Part shown: positions 25,599-42,900 of the stretch, piece by piece
Position numbering within the stretch: the stretch's first letter is position 1
How the letters are laid out: each line of letters starts with the position of its first letter
DNA from: Bugula neritina
Lineage: Eukaryota > Animalia > Bryozoa
Direction of reading: 5' to 3'
Assembly: GCA_964035545.1 (NCBI GenBank)
Contig: OZ037765.1
Coordinates: 28,085,504 to 28,149,503 of the forward strand
Length of the DNA: 64,000 bases
Program-made: the position numbers and the translations under genes
Notes under the pieces: generated by a model
Databases searched by the model: none
Told to the model about the DNA's origin: nothing
Seen by the model: only the letters and a program-made list of their open reading frames with translations

Positions 25599-28500
25599 TT
25601 AGGAATAATGAGTAATCGTCTTAGCTAATAGCTCATCGCAAGTTTTCTTTGCGTCACCAAGCAACATGCCTACAAAAAGAACACAAATTATTTGTGTACA
25701 TACATGCAACAGAAAAATAACGTACACCAAGAACGAGAGATCACAGTTTTGCAGTGAATAGTTTGAGGTTAAGAATTCCGTGACAGAAAATTAATTTACG
25801 CCAGAAAAGGAGAGATTATTGTTGTGAATATTTCGAGGCTAAGAATTGTGACAAGTTAATGGCACAACATTAACATACCAACACGAACTTCAAATTATGA
25901 TATGTTCAATATTAAAATTCCATTATTTTAGTTATTCAAAGTTGTTTAGGAGCATTTTTCAAAAGGTTGATACCGAAATGAACACTTTCATAATGGCAGC
26001 TGGTGCATATTTTTAAAATTTCAAAACTAATGAGCCGTTGTCTCAATAATTAAAACATGTATTCTAATAAATTCAAGAATTATTATGCAGATACAGGGTA
26101 ATTCAAGTGCTTGTAAAGATTAGAATTAAGCGGCACCTGTGTTTTGTTTGAAGAAGATAGGGTTATCAACTGCTGCATAGCCCACTCCCAGGCTTCTCTT
26201 CATAACAACCACCTAAATCATGCATAATATACTCCATAACTCAATAGAAATATGATAATATTATGCAGGAGGCAAAATTTACAAGTGTAATGAATATAGC
26301 AATCGAAATTATTTAATATATCCGTATCAAGATCATAGATCTAAGAGACTCTAAACTCTATACGTAGACACTTATTAGACACATTAAAAACAGGTAATAA
26401 TTATTCTACAAGTTTCAACTATTATGAAATTACCACTGTGCAGAAGAGCTTACTGTAACATAGTTATACTTATGAGTGAACAGCTCATATTAGCTGGTTC
26501 TTCTAATTAAGGAACTAAAAACATCAATTTATCTAAAGAAACATGACTAAAAAATTCCAACAAGAATTCAGTTAAGAAAATAGTCAGCTACGAATAATCA
26601 GCTGAACGGTAGAGCTCTGGTAACGCACCTGCTGAGAATTCCACACTCTGAGAACAGGCATGCCGGCAATGATGCTGTTGGGGTCTTCTTCGGCAGCCGA
26701 GTTGACGGTATCGTTGGCTCCGATTACCAGCACAAGGTCAGTCTCTGGGAAGTCATCGTTGATCTCCTCCATCTCTAGTACCACGTCATACGGCACACCA
26801 GCCTCTGCCAGCAGCACGTTCAGCTGTCCGGGCATACGACCTTCAAGGTTAACAATAAATCTGTCAGCCTTTGGCCACACCAACACCTCTACCAGATGAG
26901 TGCATGCAGAGACAATACAAAGTGGTGTATACCTGCAACAGGGTGAATTCCAAATCTAACATTCTTTCCTTTCTTGGACAGAAGGCTGACGAGTTCAGCA
27001 ATAGGGTACTGGGCTTTAGCTACGCACAGGCCGTACCCGGGTACTATGATGATATTCTTACTCTCAGCTATCATGTCAACTACCATGTCGGAATTCACCT
27101 CTAAAAAGTAGAAAAAAGCAAATTACAAACTTGGACTGAATATGCCATTAATATAAAACTGTACATTAACCTCTAATTATAGGTTCATCAAGTTGCATGA
27201 CCTTATGATTGATAATTAACTTATTTCTCAACAATATAATGATACTTAAATCAATTGCATTAAAATTGATCCATCACTGTACAACTACTAATTAAAGAGA
27301 CTCTTGCTGGGACTGAGACAAGCAAGTTGCAAAAACATCAATAAAATATTCAAAACGTCTATTGGGCTTTAAACTGATTTTCAAATGTTTACTGCAATTC
27401 AACCACAACTATTTATTAGGCGCTAAAAACTTAAAGTTTGCACCTTAGCAAAACGAAGAAAAATTATATAAAGTTTCCGTATAAAATAAGCGCAACTAGT
27501 TGGTCATTTAAAAAACACAATCCTGCAAGTGTTAGTATGTCATTTCATGTTACCATTGACACATTGTAATCTCATCATTTAGAATAATCAGTACTAGCCT
27601 TTCTTGTATTATATGGAAACATAGGCCAATGCCAACCTACCAGTGTGAGTTCCTGTAATCTCCATAGGTTTGCCAGTCCCAGTAGAAGAAGTGCCATAAC
27701 CACCAAATATTACATTAGGGAGAGACCTATTCATAGCCTAACAATACAGTCATAGCATAAGAGTATTGATACAGTATTAAAGTTGGCATAGCCTGCAGAA
27801 GAATCTCAAGTATTATGCCAAACAGTACTGACTGCTCGATATGTTCTTTTATCCTTTAGAAAATTCATGAAAAAATGCTCAATTTTCTATTTGCTTTAAT
27901 AGAGACTATAAACAGTTATAAAGATTGCTTTACTGAGAACTACTGAATAACATCATAAGAGATGAGGTTGATACTCCCATACTGCTCTCCAATAAAACGA
28001 AATTAACTATATGTATATCTATAAGGCACTGACTTTTCGAATCTTATTTCTAGAAATATAAGGTTAATAACGGTTGACCAAAAGCGATAGAAAAAATAAT
28101 TTAGACAAGCAGGTTAGAAAAAGCATATGTGAAGAAAAAGTTTACTTAAATCTTATATAAATGTTGTGAAATGTTTTCCAACATACATTTACAATAAAAT
28201 AGACGAGTACAACACATCTGAGGTTCAAATTTTCGAAAACTGCCAGCAAATGTTTGATTTTAAGACCATCGCAGACGCATCTTGAATAATATATAAGAGA
28301 TTTATGATGAACTCGTCAGACTAAGCCAGTATTGTCACTGGATTTAGGAGCTTTATAAATATTTGCAGCTGGAAACTTGATATTCAAAAAGGAAACTGAC
28401 ATCAGCTTTTAATTGCTCAATTAATTACAATTAATTATTAAACATAACAGGATTGCATGCAAACTGGCTAATACTAAAACTTGACAACAATACTTACTAT

Positions 28501-31500
28501 TCGTGGCAACTCAACTAACACTAAAATCAAGCAATCAGCCGCACATTACTAGGAGTTAGCAATCACTGCCAGTAAACTACATCTATTACTTAGGCAGTTG
28601 TTAGTGCTCAGATAGAAGTGTATTAAACCAGGTTAAAACCATTTCACTCGTTACAGGTGAAAATAAAGATTTCAACTACTTTAGTAATCAATGCTATAAG
28701 CTGCATTAAGACATGGACACTGTGTAGTCCATGTAACTCTTAGAGTAATAAGCAAAGAGAATACTAATTCATTAAAATCTTATTCTGTTTCAAATAACAC
28801 AATTAATGAGTCACATGAGACGAAAAATGCTGGATAGATGACTCACCACACACATGATGTAGGAGAGAATAGCACCAGATGAGCCAATCAGAGCTCCCAC
28901 CACTGTCATCAGGTTGTTGTTCATCATGAAACCCTCGGCACAAAGGGCCCAGCCAGAGTATGAGTTTAGCACAGTGATTACCACGGGCATGTCAGCACCT
29001 AATTACACAACATGGTGACCAGTGGCAATCAGACATCCACCAAAGTTTTGCCATTGTGATAAATAATAGGTACACATTATCTTTACTTTTTTCAAAACTG
29101 CAGACAACAAAATATGAAATTGAAAGGCAAGGCTGTGCTGGTAAATACTATCTCAATATAACATCTAGCAAGACCACATTTAGCTAATAATGGTACTAAG
29201 CTAAAAGATGCAACATAAAGTCATCAACAGCATGTAAGAATTGAGTAAACATACCACCAATGGCAGCGGTGAGAGTGACACCCATCACACTTGACAGGGC
29301 GGTTGTACTTCCCAGCATGCCGAGCATGAGCGAGTAGTCTGAGGAGTTGAGGTAGGCACCCATGGCCGCGACATTACCCAAGGCCATGCCACCATTCAGT
29401 AGATTCTGCGCAGGTAACTTCATTGGGTCAGACTTAAGCAGACCTTAAAGGATGCATTACATCAATATACAATATGACACACCAAGTGCCTAGGAATAGA
29501 GGGTTTATTCTAACAGCTTTTTGCTGAAAACTAAACACCAAAACTCTACAATTATTTCACTCTACCAACTGCGTGAAATGCAATGAGTAAAGACAACACA
29601 AAAGCCTCACCAACCTTGCAACTTGCCGAAAGCAATAAGGGAGCCGGTGAAGGTGACTCCGCCAATGAAGGTGCCCAGAAACAGAGAGGTTTTGATGACA
29701 TTGGCGGCCGGGTCGGTGTCAAAGTGAGAATACTCAAACAGGAAGTTGGAGAAACAGGTGAGGACAGCGGCAGCACCCACTAAACTATGGAAGAGAGCGA
29801 CCATCTGAGGAAGGTCAGTCACTTCAATACGCTTAGCCATGACTGTGCCAATCAGTCCACCTAGAACAAACCAATAGTATTAATCATGGTCATGATATCC
29901 AATGAAAGAAAGCTATAGTTGATATATTTAGTTACAAGTAAGATAAAAGCATACCAAGACCCATTGTTGCTGCCATCTGAGTGATGACTTCAGCGGAAGG
30001 TTTCAGTAGCCCGAGAGTGGCTGCCACGCCAGAACTAACTCCCATAATACCAAGAGCATTTCCTACATGCAAATAATTATAGAATAGAAATTGTTATAAG
30101 CTGTCCTTTCTCATTTTTAGTTGTAAAACGGCTTAAACTGTATGTTTTGTGACCATCAGTTGTAAATAGAATTGAGAAAACAAGCTATGCCATGCAGAAT
30201 AAAATCTCCCACCTAAACAGCCTAGGAAACTAGAATAATGCCACAACAAATATTCTTAAAAAAGACAACAGTGCTAACTAATCTATAGGAAAATAGTGAT
30301 GTAAGCTGAAAGACAATTCCCAAGTATTGTTGATAAATTATATAGTAACAAGCATACCAACTCTTGCTGTTGACTGGGATGAAAGTCCAGTGAGAGATCC
30401 GATGCAGCAGAGAGAGGCACCGAGGTAGGCAGCTTGGTGCACCTCAGGGTACAGACCTGTTTGAGCAGCCACTCCGTAGGCACCAATAAATGCCAGGCCG
30501 GGAATAGCATACATCTTGTTGTACTCTGGAGGGTCGGCTGCATGTATCAACACAGTTGGGTAAAGTAACGGTAAGGAGAAACAACTGAATTCCCTGATTC
30601 CATATTATTCAAATAGCAATTATTTGAAACTAGTCGGTCAACAAGAAAGATAATAGGCCAATGTTTTCTTTTAGACTGAAACAATCAGCTACTTACTCGG
30701 CCGCTTGAACATGTCCAGCATCCTTTTCGTTACAACGAAACCGCCGCCGATGTTGATGCTGGAAATGAAGGCAGCAAGAGCAGCAAGGGTAGTGACGGTA
30801 TCGTTAGGCATATATCCACCGCCCATGAGCAACATGCCACCAACAGCAGTGATGCCAGAGATAGCATTGGTGACGGACATGAGAGGTGAATGTAAAGCAG
30901 GTGACACACCCCACACGGTGTGGTAACCTACAGAATATATGTATAAACAGTGTACTAATGCTGTCTTTAGTCATATGAGAGTTCATTTCCTGCCACTGGA
31001 TGACAGAGGATTTGCTGAGCAAGCTACAAGCTATGAATGTTAGCAGATACTACAGTCACGACGTGCTTTGAATACCAGCCATATAGTTTAGGATTGAAAG
31101 TTTGACTTGAGAAAAGTAAGTGAATTGTGAATGGCTACAAGAGTAACAAGTCTGAAACATGCACACATTAGAATATAGCTAACTACTACTACTCTGTGTC
31201 CATGTGCAGCATGACTTTGGAGTTGTGTACTTGCAATTTTCAGCACTAGACATAATATGCTGGTAGTTATTTACAGGACGCTGTAAGCATTCAGAAGCAA
31301 CAAGAACCTACATAACGCTTAAACTTACCAGTAAATTTGCAGTCATGACAATAAGTGAACAGTTTAATAACACATAACAAACAGGAAATGCTTTATTTAT
31401 ACCTGCAATTCCTGCCAGGGAGAATGTGGACAGCATCTGAGCGAATGCACTGTTAGGAGCTGCAACACCGAGTCCCACGAGACCCAGTAGTCCGGTACTG

Positions 31501-34500
31501 TAGAGTCCGGCCTCCTTGGCGTAATTGGCAAAATAGTTGGGCTCAGGTGGAGGCGCTTTCTCTACTTGAGCTGCCGGCGAGGCAGCTGGGGCAGCAGAAG
31601 TTTGAACCACACTAGCCGGCGGAGGCCACATCAGTTTGCCCTACAAATATTGCAGCCATTTTACTTAATTTAGTACACACTCCAAACCTCCAGTTTTTAG
31701 CTATATTTCACAATTTAGCTGCTAATGTATACGGGTTTTTGCTCTAAACTAATAAAAAATCAATAAATACATCCAAGTAATGAAGGTTATTTTTAATTTT
31801 GCTTAACTTCCCATGTTTTTCCTAATTATTTAATTAATCTGGATTTTCAGACCGTCACGGTTTTTTCATGACCGTCTGAAAAAACCGTGACGGTCTGAAA
31901 ATCCAGATTAATTAAATAATTAGGAAAAACATGGGAAGTTAAGCAAAATTAAAAAGAACCTTCATTACTTGGATGTATTTATTGATTTTTTATTAGTTTA
32001 GAGCAAAAACCCGTATACATTAGCAGCTAAATTGTGAAAAATAGCTAAAAACTGAAAATTTCGAGTGCACACTAAATTAAGTAAATGACCCACATGCATT
32101 CTTCCAGAGTGCGGCAACTAGACATACGAGATAGACATTCAACACATGAGCGCTATTGGCGAGAAGTACTTGCCTCATGAAGTATGATGCTACCACGAAC
32201 AACCTCATCTTCCAAGTTGATATTGAAGTGCTCCTTCTCTCCAATAGAGAGTAAGAACTTGGATATGTTGTTACCATAGAGTGTACTAGCTTGAGTAGGC
32301 AAACGGCTGGGCAGATCAGTGTAGCCTGTAAGAGTGAGAAAGATTGTATGCGAGTAGAAGCTACACGTTCGGATGTCACTAACCACTTTATTTATTTAAT
32401 ATATAGCATACAAGCCTATATTTATATACTATACATTAGAATAGAATAAATAGAAGTAATGCTGGGAAGATTTCACTATACATCTCTCCTGACTTGAACA
32501 TAACATCTCCCATGTACATGTACCACAGCTGGCAAAAGGTTTGCAGAATAAATCTTCTTTTTATATTTGATGCAGCTTTGCTAGATTTATGGTTACTATA
32601 AAAAAAACTACAACACTAAAGTTCCTCATAAATGAAAAATCAATTTTCTGCGACATACGCCATCTTGGTGCACATGTGAGCTGTAAAAAAGTTGACCTCA
32701 GTCAGGTTTTGTTTATTTAGTACTGTGGCAGCTTTACATTAACAGCATAGAAAGTCATATCAAACTCCATAGTCGCCAGAAACAGATGCTCATTATATAC
32801 AGCTTTATCAACAGTCATTATCTAAGAGTAGAGCCTCTCGGTGATAAGAGATCTCAAAACACATTTAACTTGCAATTGCAGATACAGTCAAACCAACTCA
32901 ATTAATATAGGCATTTGTACAACCCTGGAGTGTATCCACACATCATAGACTATATGTTGAGAATGAACACACTTTGGTGCAACTATTTGTCTTATTGGAA
33001 TGAATAGCATGGCCGAAGAAGAAACGATGTTAAATAAACTTATTCATGAGTAGACAAGCTGTATTCAGTAAAAAATAAAATAACTCAACATGGAGTATAA
33101 GTTACCTATATGAATGACATCGTGTATTTTAGCGAGTTGACCTGGCACTGTGGTTGCTACGTTACCACCTGCTTCGGCAGCAAGGTCAACAATCACAGAA
33201 CCCGGTTTCATCGACTTCACCATCTCTTCAGTGATGAGCTGCATTGGAAAAACGATAACATAATTCATGCGATCAGCTAGTAAGATTAGCATCCTGACAT
33301 TAACTACAATTACAATTCAACAATGCACACTTTATTTATCAGAAAGACTAAACCAGCTCCTTTCTAAAATAGTCAGGATTTCAAGTTATTGCATGTAGAA
33401 AAACAACATTATCATCGATCTTCATAATCCAATCCCAAAGTGCACATAAGTTAAGATAATAATAGTTATGGTGAGCAAGGGCCAAAATAAATGATGATAG
33501 CATCAACAGTCGCTGAAAATAACATAGAAAAGTTAAGCAGCTGCTTATGGAGTGACAACATAAAGCTCAACACGGATATCTTTCGATATACTTGCCTTAG
33601 GTGCAGGCTTTCCAGGTATCAGTGCTGTAGTGATGATGATATCACATTCTTTGGCCTGCTTAGCAAAGAGAGCCATTTCAGCTGCTATAAACTCTGGAGA
33701 CATTTCTTTGGCATAACCTCCTGCACCCTCTCCTGATTCCTGAAATATAGCAGTAACACCTGTGTGTCCAGGTAAACACATTCATAACTCAGAGAGTGTG
33801 TATCAAGAAACATTACTACCAACAAAATCAAATCCACAGAAATGTGAGTCAAACAGGCTTTCAGTTGGAGTAACCATTTAACACAGCATTGAACTATTGT
33901 TTATAAGTGGATTTTCACACCTCTATGTTGACTTGTAAAAACTCTGCTCCCAAAGATTCAATCTGCTCTTTCACAGAAGGTCTAACATCAAAACCTCTGA
34001 CGACAGCGCCCATACTTTTAGCTGTACCGATAGCTGCCAAACCAGCCACTCCACCACCAATTACCAATACCTTGGCTGGGGGAACTTTACCAGCAGCAGT
34101 AATTTGACCTTGAAAATTACAATAATCATTACACTCAAATAATTGCTAAATACCACAACATTTGATCACAGTTCTGTAAAAATAAAATTAACGCAGTACA
34201 ATAAAATAACAAAATGTTTGAAAAGTAATAAATTTATACTAACCAGTGAAGAACCTTCCAAAATGGTTAGCAGCTTCGACTACTGCTTTGTAACCAGCAA
34301 TGTTAGCCATGGAACTTAATGCATCAAACACCTGGGCTCTACTCACTCGAGGAATAGCGTCCATAGCAAACACGGTTAGTTCTTTTTTGGCCAACTCATC
34401 CACTAAAGCCTTGTTTTGAGCAGGATATACAAAACTTATCAAGTTTGCACGGCTTTGCAACAATCCCATCTCATCGCTAGAGGGTGCCCTAACTTTTAAA

Positions 34501-34844
34501 ACTATATCAGAGCCAAAAGCTTTATCACGGCTAACCAGGGAAGCGCCACTAGCAGCATATTCCTCATTCAAAAACTTAGCTTCAATTCCAGCTTCTTCTT
34601 CAACAGCAACATTGAAACCTTTTTTGGTTAGCAATGCGGTTGCTGCAGGTGATAATGCCACACGTTTCTCATTTTTAAACACTTCCCTTGGAACTCCAAT
34701 GGTCAGCTTGCTATATGCAATGCCGGGTATAGATTCGGCAGGCTTTTCATTTCCACTGCAGTATCTTCGATATGTCTTATGAAGTTGATTTCGCAGTGTT
34801 TGAACAGAAGAATTAGATACCTTTGCCAAGTGAAGCTTAAGCAT
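25599..34844 (-). CDS. NNT: Mitochondrial proton-translocating NAD(P) transhydrogenase
   Basis: About 17 coding exons in dI-dII-dIII order. Basic presequence, [127 protein letters not shown]. Confidence 0.98.
31660..32085. repeat. Long inverted repeat, 209-bp arms and 8-nt loop, in an NNT intron
   Basis: 31660-31868 is the reverse complement of 31877-32085 with no indels and about 9 mismatches. Confidence 0.95.
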
Positions 34845-35831
34845 TTTGAAGCCGAAGATACTTGCAACAGTATCTGAGACCGAAACTGTAAAAAAGGATG
34901 CATATTACATTTGTTACCCATCATACCAAACTTCTTCTGCTGCTATTTTATTAGTATCTTCATAATTTATATAGCACATAATAGTATTTATCATCAGTAG
35001 CTGACTTTAGATATAATTATAATAGGATGAACAAAAAAAAACAACTACTTTACAACTTTGGCAGAAATGACAGTTCTAACTAAGATTTAGCTATTGCTCA
35101 TTACTCATTAACATCAACATTAGACTTTAATTGAAAGGTCCATAATAAATATTTGCCATTACTTATAAATTAAACTTATAACATTAACTAATCATTTTTT
35201 ATCTAAAAATGCAATACCACTACCAGTTTCTAGCAGTAGCATCAGTATGAGTATTACTATCACTATGACTATCAGTATCACTATGAGTATGAGTGTGAGT
35301 ATGACTATAGACGTAGTCTATCACTGAGTCTAACTCTATGAGTATCAGTATGTCTATTACTATTAGATTTAATTTTATTATTACTATTACTATTATTATT
35401 AGTATTACCATCACTAATTGCTAGTGCTACTAAGTCTAATAGTAATACTAATAGTATTAGACTTAGTATTACTATTAGACTTAGAGTTAGTAGCACTAGC
35501 ACAGTGACAGTAGCAGTAGTACTACCATCATTATGATTATGTCTATTATTAAAATCATGCTTTAGCCAACTTGCAATCATTAAATTTTAAATATAAAATA
35601 AAAATTGAATATTAAATTTAATAAATACTATTTTAGTATTTAATATTCATAAAACAATAAATCATTATGATTATCATAATTTTAATTTAACTTATAATAT
35701 TTATATTGATGTTTAATTTTATACTAAAACTAGTGATTGTGGCGAGGACATCATGATCAACTTCAACATATTTTTTCAAACGAGTTATAATCAAGTTATA
35801 ATCATAATATTGATGCAAATAGGTTAATCAC

Positions 35832-36431
35832 CTGCTTAGTCTACCACTGCACAATAGCTGGCACCCCAGCAATCATTTTTATCCCGGCAACAGTTATTAA
35901 AATCCTTTGTCAAACTACTAGGCAGCGTGCGCCAGTTTTCTGACCCTTGACGTGCAAGTTCATTGGGGGGTCGTATGCAAAGCTTTTAAATATATATAAC
36001 TATAAAAGTTGAGTGCAAAATAATGTATACTATTTATAAAATTTTTTAGTTATTATTAAAATAATTTAAGTAAAATAAATGCATTGAATTTATTGTGTAA
36101 ACTTTTGAAATTACTTTTTGTTACTAGTTTCACCTCCTAGCTGCTACATGGAATGTCTTTCTTTCGGTCTTGCCAACCCAACAAATTATAGCCTTAGATT
36201 ATTTCAGTAAATACTTTATATCATTACTTTTGAGCATATCGATTTTATTTCTGGAAATTTTGAGCGTAGGCTTGCCTCCAAGGCTTTTCGAAAGCCGGCT
36301 TTTTTGCATAGGTGCTCACTACCATTTATTGCTGCAAGGAGTAGAGCTTTTCTGCCTCATTGTTTTGCTGGTGGCTCATCGCTGTTGCGTTTATCAAAAC
36401 TTACCTTACCACAGTATCAAAACGACTAAAT
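35832..36431. promoter_or_regulatory. Putative bidirectional promoter NNT/IDH2, including the NNT non-coding first exon
   Basis: Minus-strand donor CAG|GTGATT at ~35831 and acceptor ttttttacag at ~34887 imply a 5'UTR exon; IDH2 ATG at 36432; two GC-richer blocks flank an AT-rich core. Confidence 0.6.
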
Positions 36432-39395
<2,964 letters not shown>

Positions 39396-39956
39396 TTACT
39401 CACAACTTTTCTACAAATGAGGCACAACACTTACACTAGGCATTTTTCTATATGAAATAGTTTGACTTATTTTTGCTATATATTCATCCTGCCAAAGACC
39501 ATTAGCTATGTTTTTTGCCCAATTTACAGATCAACTGTTTTCTAAGATCTGATATTTAGCTGAAAGAAATTATAAATCAAAATTTTCTATGATATGTTCT
39601 GTTTTTGTAATTTTGGTAATAAATTGTCTGTAGTTGTATCAAGCTCTAAAATTTGTACACAATAGAGAGATTTGTTGATAGCTCTTCTTGAGTTTTGTGG
39701 TCTAATTTTAGTGCAAATTGATAAGAATTCAACAATACAAAGTACAGGCTGGTATGACAAGAAGTTAAGGGTTATGACATTTCATAGATTAAAATTAGGT
39801 AGTAATGTTTTATAACTTCGAGTTTAACAATATAGCTCAAATTGAGGTTTGTATTACCAAATCATTGTTAGCAAATTATTTTGCTTTCTTATCTACATAC
39901 ATAATCAAAAATTTAGTGCTCAGCTGGTGTCCGATTCAATAAATTGATGGCACATC

Positions 39957-42900
39957 ATGCAACCAAAGTATAAAACCAAGCAGAAACAGTCTCAAAAACA
40001 AAATTATTGGAATCGGTTAAAAGATGCTTTTGAGAGTTCCAAATATAGTGCGAGAGCATCTACCAACTTGAGTCTTGCATCACAAGAGCATAAACTGGCA
40101 GAAGTGAGTATTATTGTACTAGCTTTAAGCAAACAGTTACTATGTTGACTAGAAATTGCAGGCCAATAAAAATCTCAATTGAATACTAATTAGTCTGATA
40201 TTCTGCTCCCAAACAAAACTCGTGATTTGGGTTGAAAATATTTTTTAGGATCGAAAGAAATTGTCAGACATGATTGGATACTGCAAAAATCACTATCACA
40301 TAACCCTTGAAAATCCCATCAAATCAGCAGTTGTTAGCAGAAGAACCTTGTGTCCAAGAGTGGAATTTCAGAAACTCTATGCTGAGCGGCAAGATGACAA
40401 TGCAAAGGTACATGCGGAGCTGGTGAAATGATCATTTGTTGAAAATTGGTTCACAAGTTACAATTTAAATATAGAGTGTTGGTAGTAGAACCAGTATATT
40501 TGCAAATGCTTTGGTTACATTTTTCAACAGATCTGTAATAGCATAAAACGAACGGGAATAATATAACCAGAATTTCCCTGTAATATTTTAGTCTTTACTG
40601 CAATCTATGCTATCATATAGCATAGGTGTTATACATAGCACTGCTCTAAATAGTTGCATTATCGCAAAAATATACTGGTAGCTACTTACTTTGTAGTTGA
40701 TGAATTCCTAGAATGTGTTGCGGATTATTGACTGCCAGGGTATTTCTTCACATTATATAGGACGGGTTATACCTTTTAGATTTAGTAACTAACGACTGTC
40801 TATGAGTTTAAATTTTATAGAAACAAGTTTGGCAATTTAAATATTTGATGTTGAATTACAGCTTTTGAAAATATCTCTATGAAAAACACACTGCTTCGCT
40901 GTTCTAGAATCAACTATATTTAAAGACTGCGAAGTGGCGAGCAAAAAACAATCACCGAGGAGCATTCACGCCTGAACCTGAGCCATACAAAGAAATAGGA
41001 ATTCGCTCGAATAAACCAACAGAGTTTGAGGGAAAGACTATTTTTATAAATCAACTCTCTAGTGGTCTTACTTTGAAGGTGTTTTTTAGCTCTATATTTT
41101 TTTGTTTCACTCTATAGCTTATTTTATTATCCCAAAATGTAAAAAAACACTAAGCACAAAATTTAAAACTGCAAAATGAAAGAAAATGCATTGTTGCAAA
41201 AATATATATGAAAAGAAATGTGCAATATCCTTTTTAGGAAATTAGGAAACTGAAAAACATGGCACACAAACCATCACCTCATCATATTGGTGAGGTCAAA
41301 AATACGGAGGCTGTTGAGCTCTTCAAGTTTATGGTAAGTTAAACAAGAGTCTGACTTCACAATAAGTTAGTAGTTTTGGCGATTCTGTACTCTAGGTTGG
41401 ACTTGACTGTGTTAGGGATGCAAATAATCAGATTTGAGCAAATAAGGTTGTTTCAAGCTTGTAAAAAATGAGACAAACTCATTGTAGAGTGATCCTTATA
41501 ACTCGTGCTAATCTATTCAAATAGGATGACAAAAAAAGTTAAAAAAAATGTCACTCGTTGCTATGATTTTAAATCTTATTCGAAATAGTTATATCACACT
41601 ATGAAGAGGCTTTAAAACTCATGGCCCTGTATTTTTGCTATAAAATATTGAAGTGTCTTTCAGAAATCTAATCGAAAGACAAAAGATGCCAAAGAAGAAG
41701 CCTTGTTTAATATGAGAAAAACTAATTCTTCTGCACAAGAAGCTACCAAGAAGATGTATGAAATGTTGCACGAAACAGAACACCGACTGCTAGCAATACA
41801 GGCCGGAGGCAGTTATCTTCAACATTTAGCAGCTTGCAAGGTATTATGGTACTTCTTTAGTTTGTTAGAGTTGTCTCACCATTTAACCAAGGTATTGCAA
41901 CTCTTTTATTTATGCATTGACCATGCCACATTATACCTATTATAGCATGATGGACATTTTTGCTTGTTTCATCAACATAATGTATGTAATCAAACTGAAT
42001 GAGCTAGTCCATACTACATAACTTAGTCCTGTCAGAAACCTGTTTCTTCAAGTTGTACATAACTCCAATTGTCTACTTGTATTTTGTGTTAAATTTGAAA
42101 TTTTTCTAGAAAAGAAGAATAGTTCATGACATTTTGAAGCATCCGCATTTACACAGCAAGCACTATCATAAGTTTATTGCTGTCCCTACATCCGTGGATT
42201 CACATATTAACATAACTCAGCCTAAAAATATAAAGAAATTATCTGGAGCAAAGTCTATAAAAGATGTTGTCCATAGCAGTGTGTCAGTATTTAAAAAAAA
42301 TTTTGTAAAATTTTATTTGGAATTAATGTTCAGACTTCAAAGAAGCATTTTTATTTTACTGTGCCTGCATAATACGCCATTTTTCAGATTTGCTGCTAGC
42401 ATTGCAAAAACAAAGCAAAGACAGTTGTACTTTGATAAGTTGACCGCCATTTACATCGTTCTGTGTACCATGATGAACATGAAGCAGTCCCACCTGCAAG
42501 AGGTTCCTATATCATGGGAAGTGATGAAGAAACTAAGAGCTAAACCTCAACCAATACATCCTAAAAAGAGGCAAGTACTTGCATCATGCACCTGTTACAT
42601 TTCTTTTAAACAGTTTGTGCAAAGCCATTGATTTTAAATCCAATTTCAAGTTTTTGACATTTAGTGTCTTTGTGAATTATGGGCTAGCTGTTTATAAACT
42701 GGTTTGGTATCAGTTCCAATGTCAAATATTAAAACTTATGCAATTTTTAAACTTGCTTTATAATTTTAAAGTACCCAAAAATAATAGTTGATGTTTTTTA
42801 TTTTACATAGGTATACTTTTGGTGAATGTATTTTATAGTGTGTTTTGTTTCGTATACATTTAGCAATGTTACTGGAATTCAGCTATTAAAAAAGAAATCT

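Noticed and set aside
26660-30926. Several + strand ORFs overlapping NNT (and - strand ORFs over IDH2)
   Set aside because: Antisense shadows of GC-richer coding exons.
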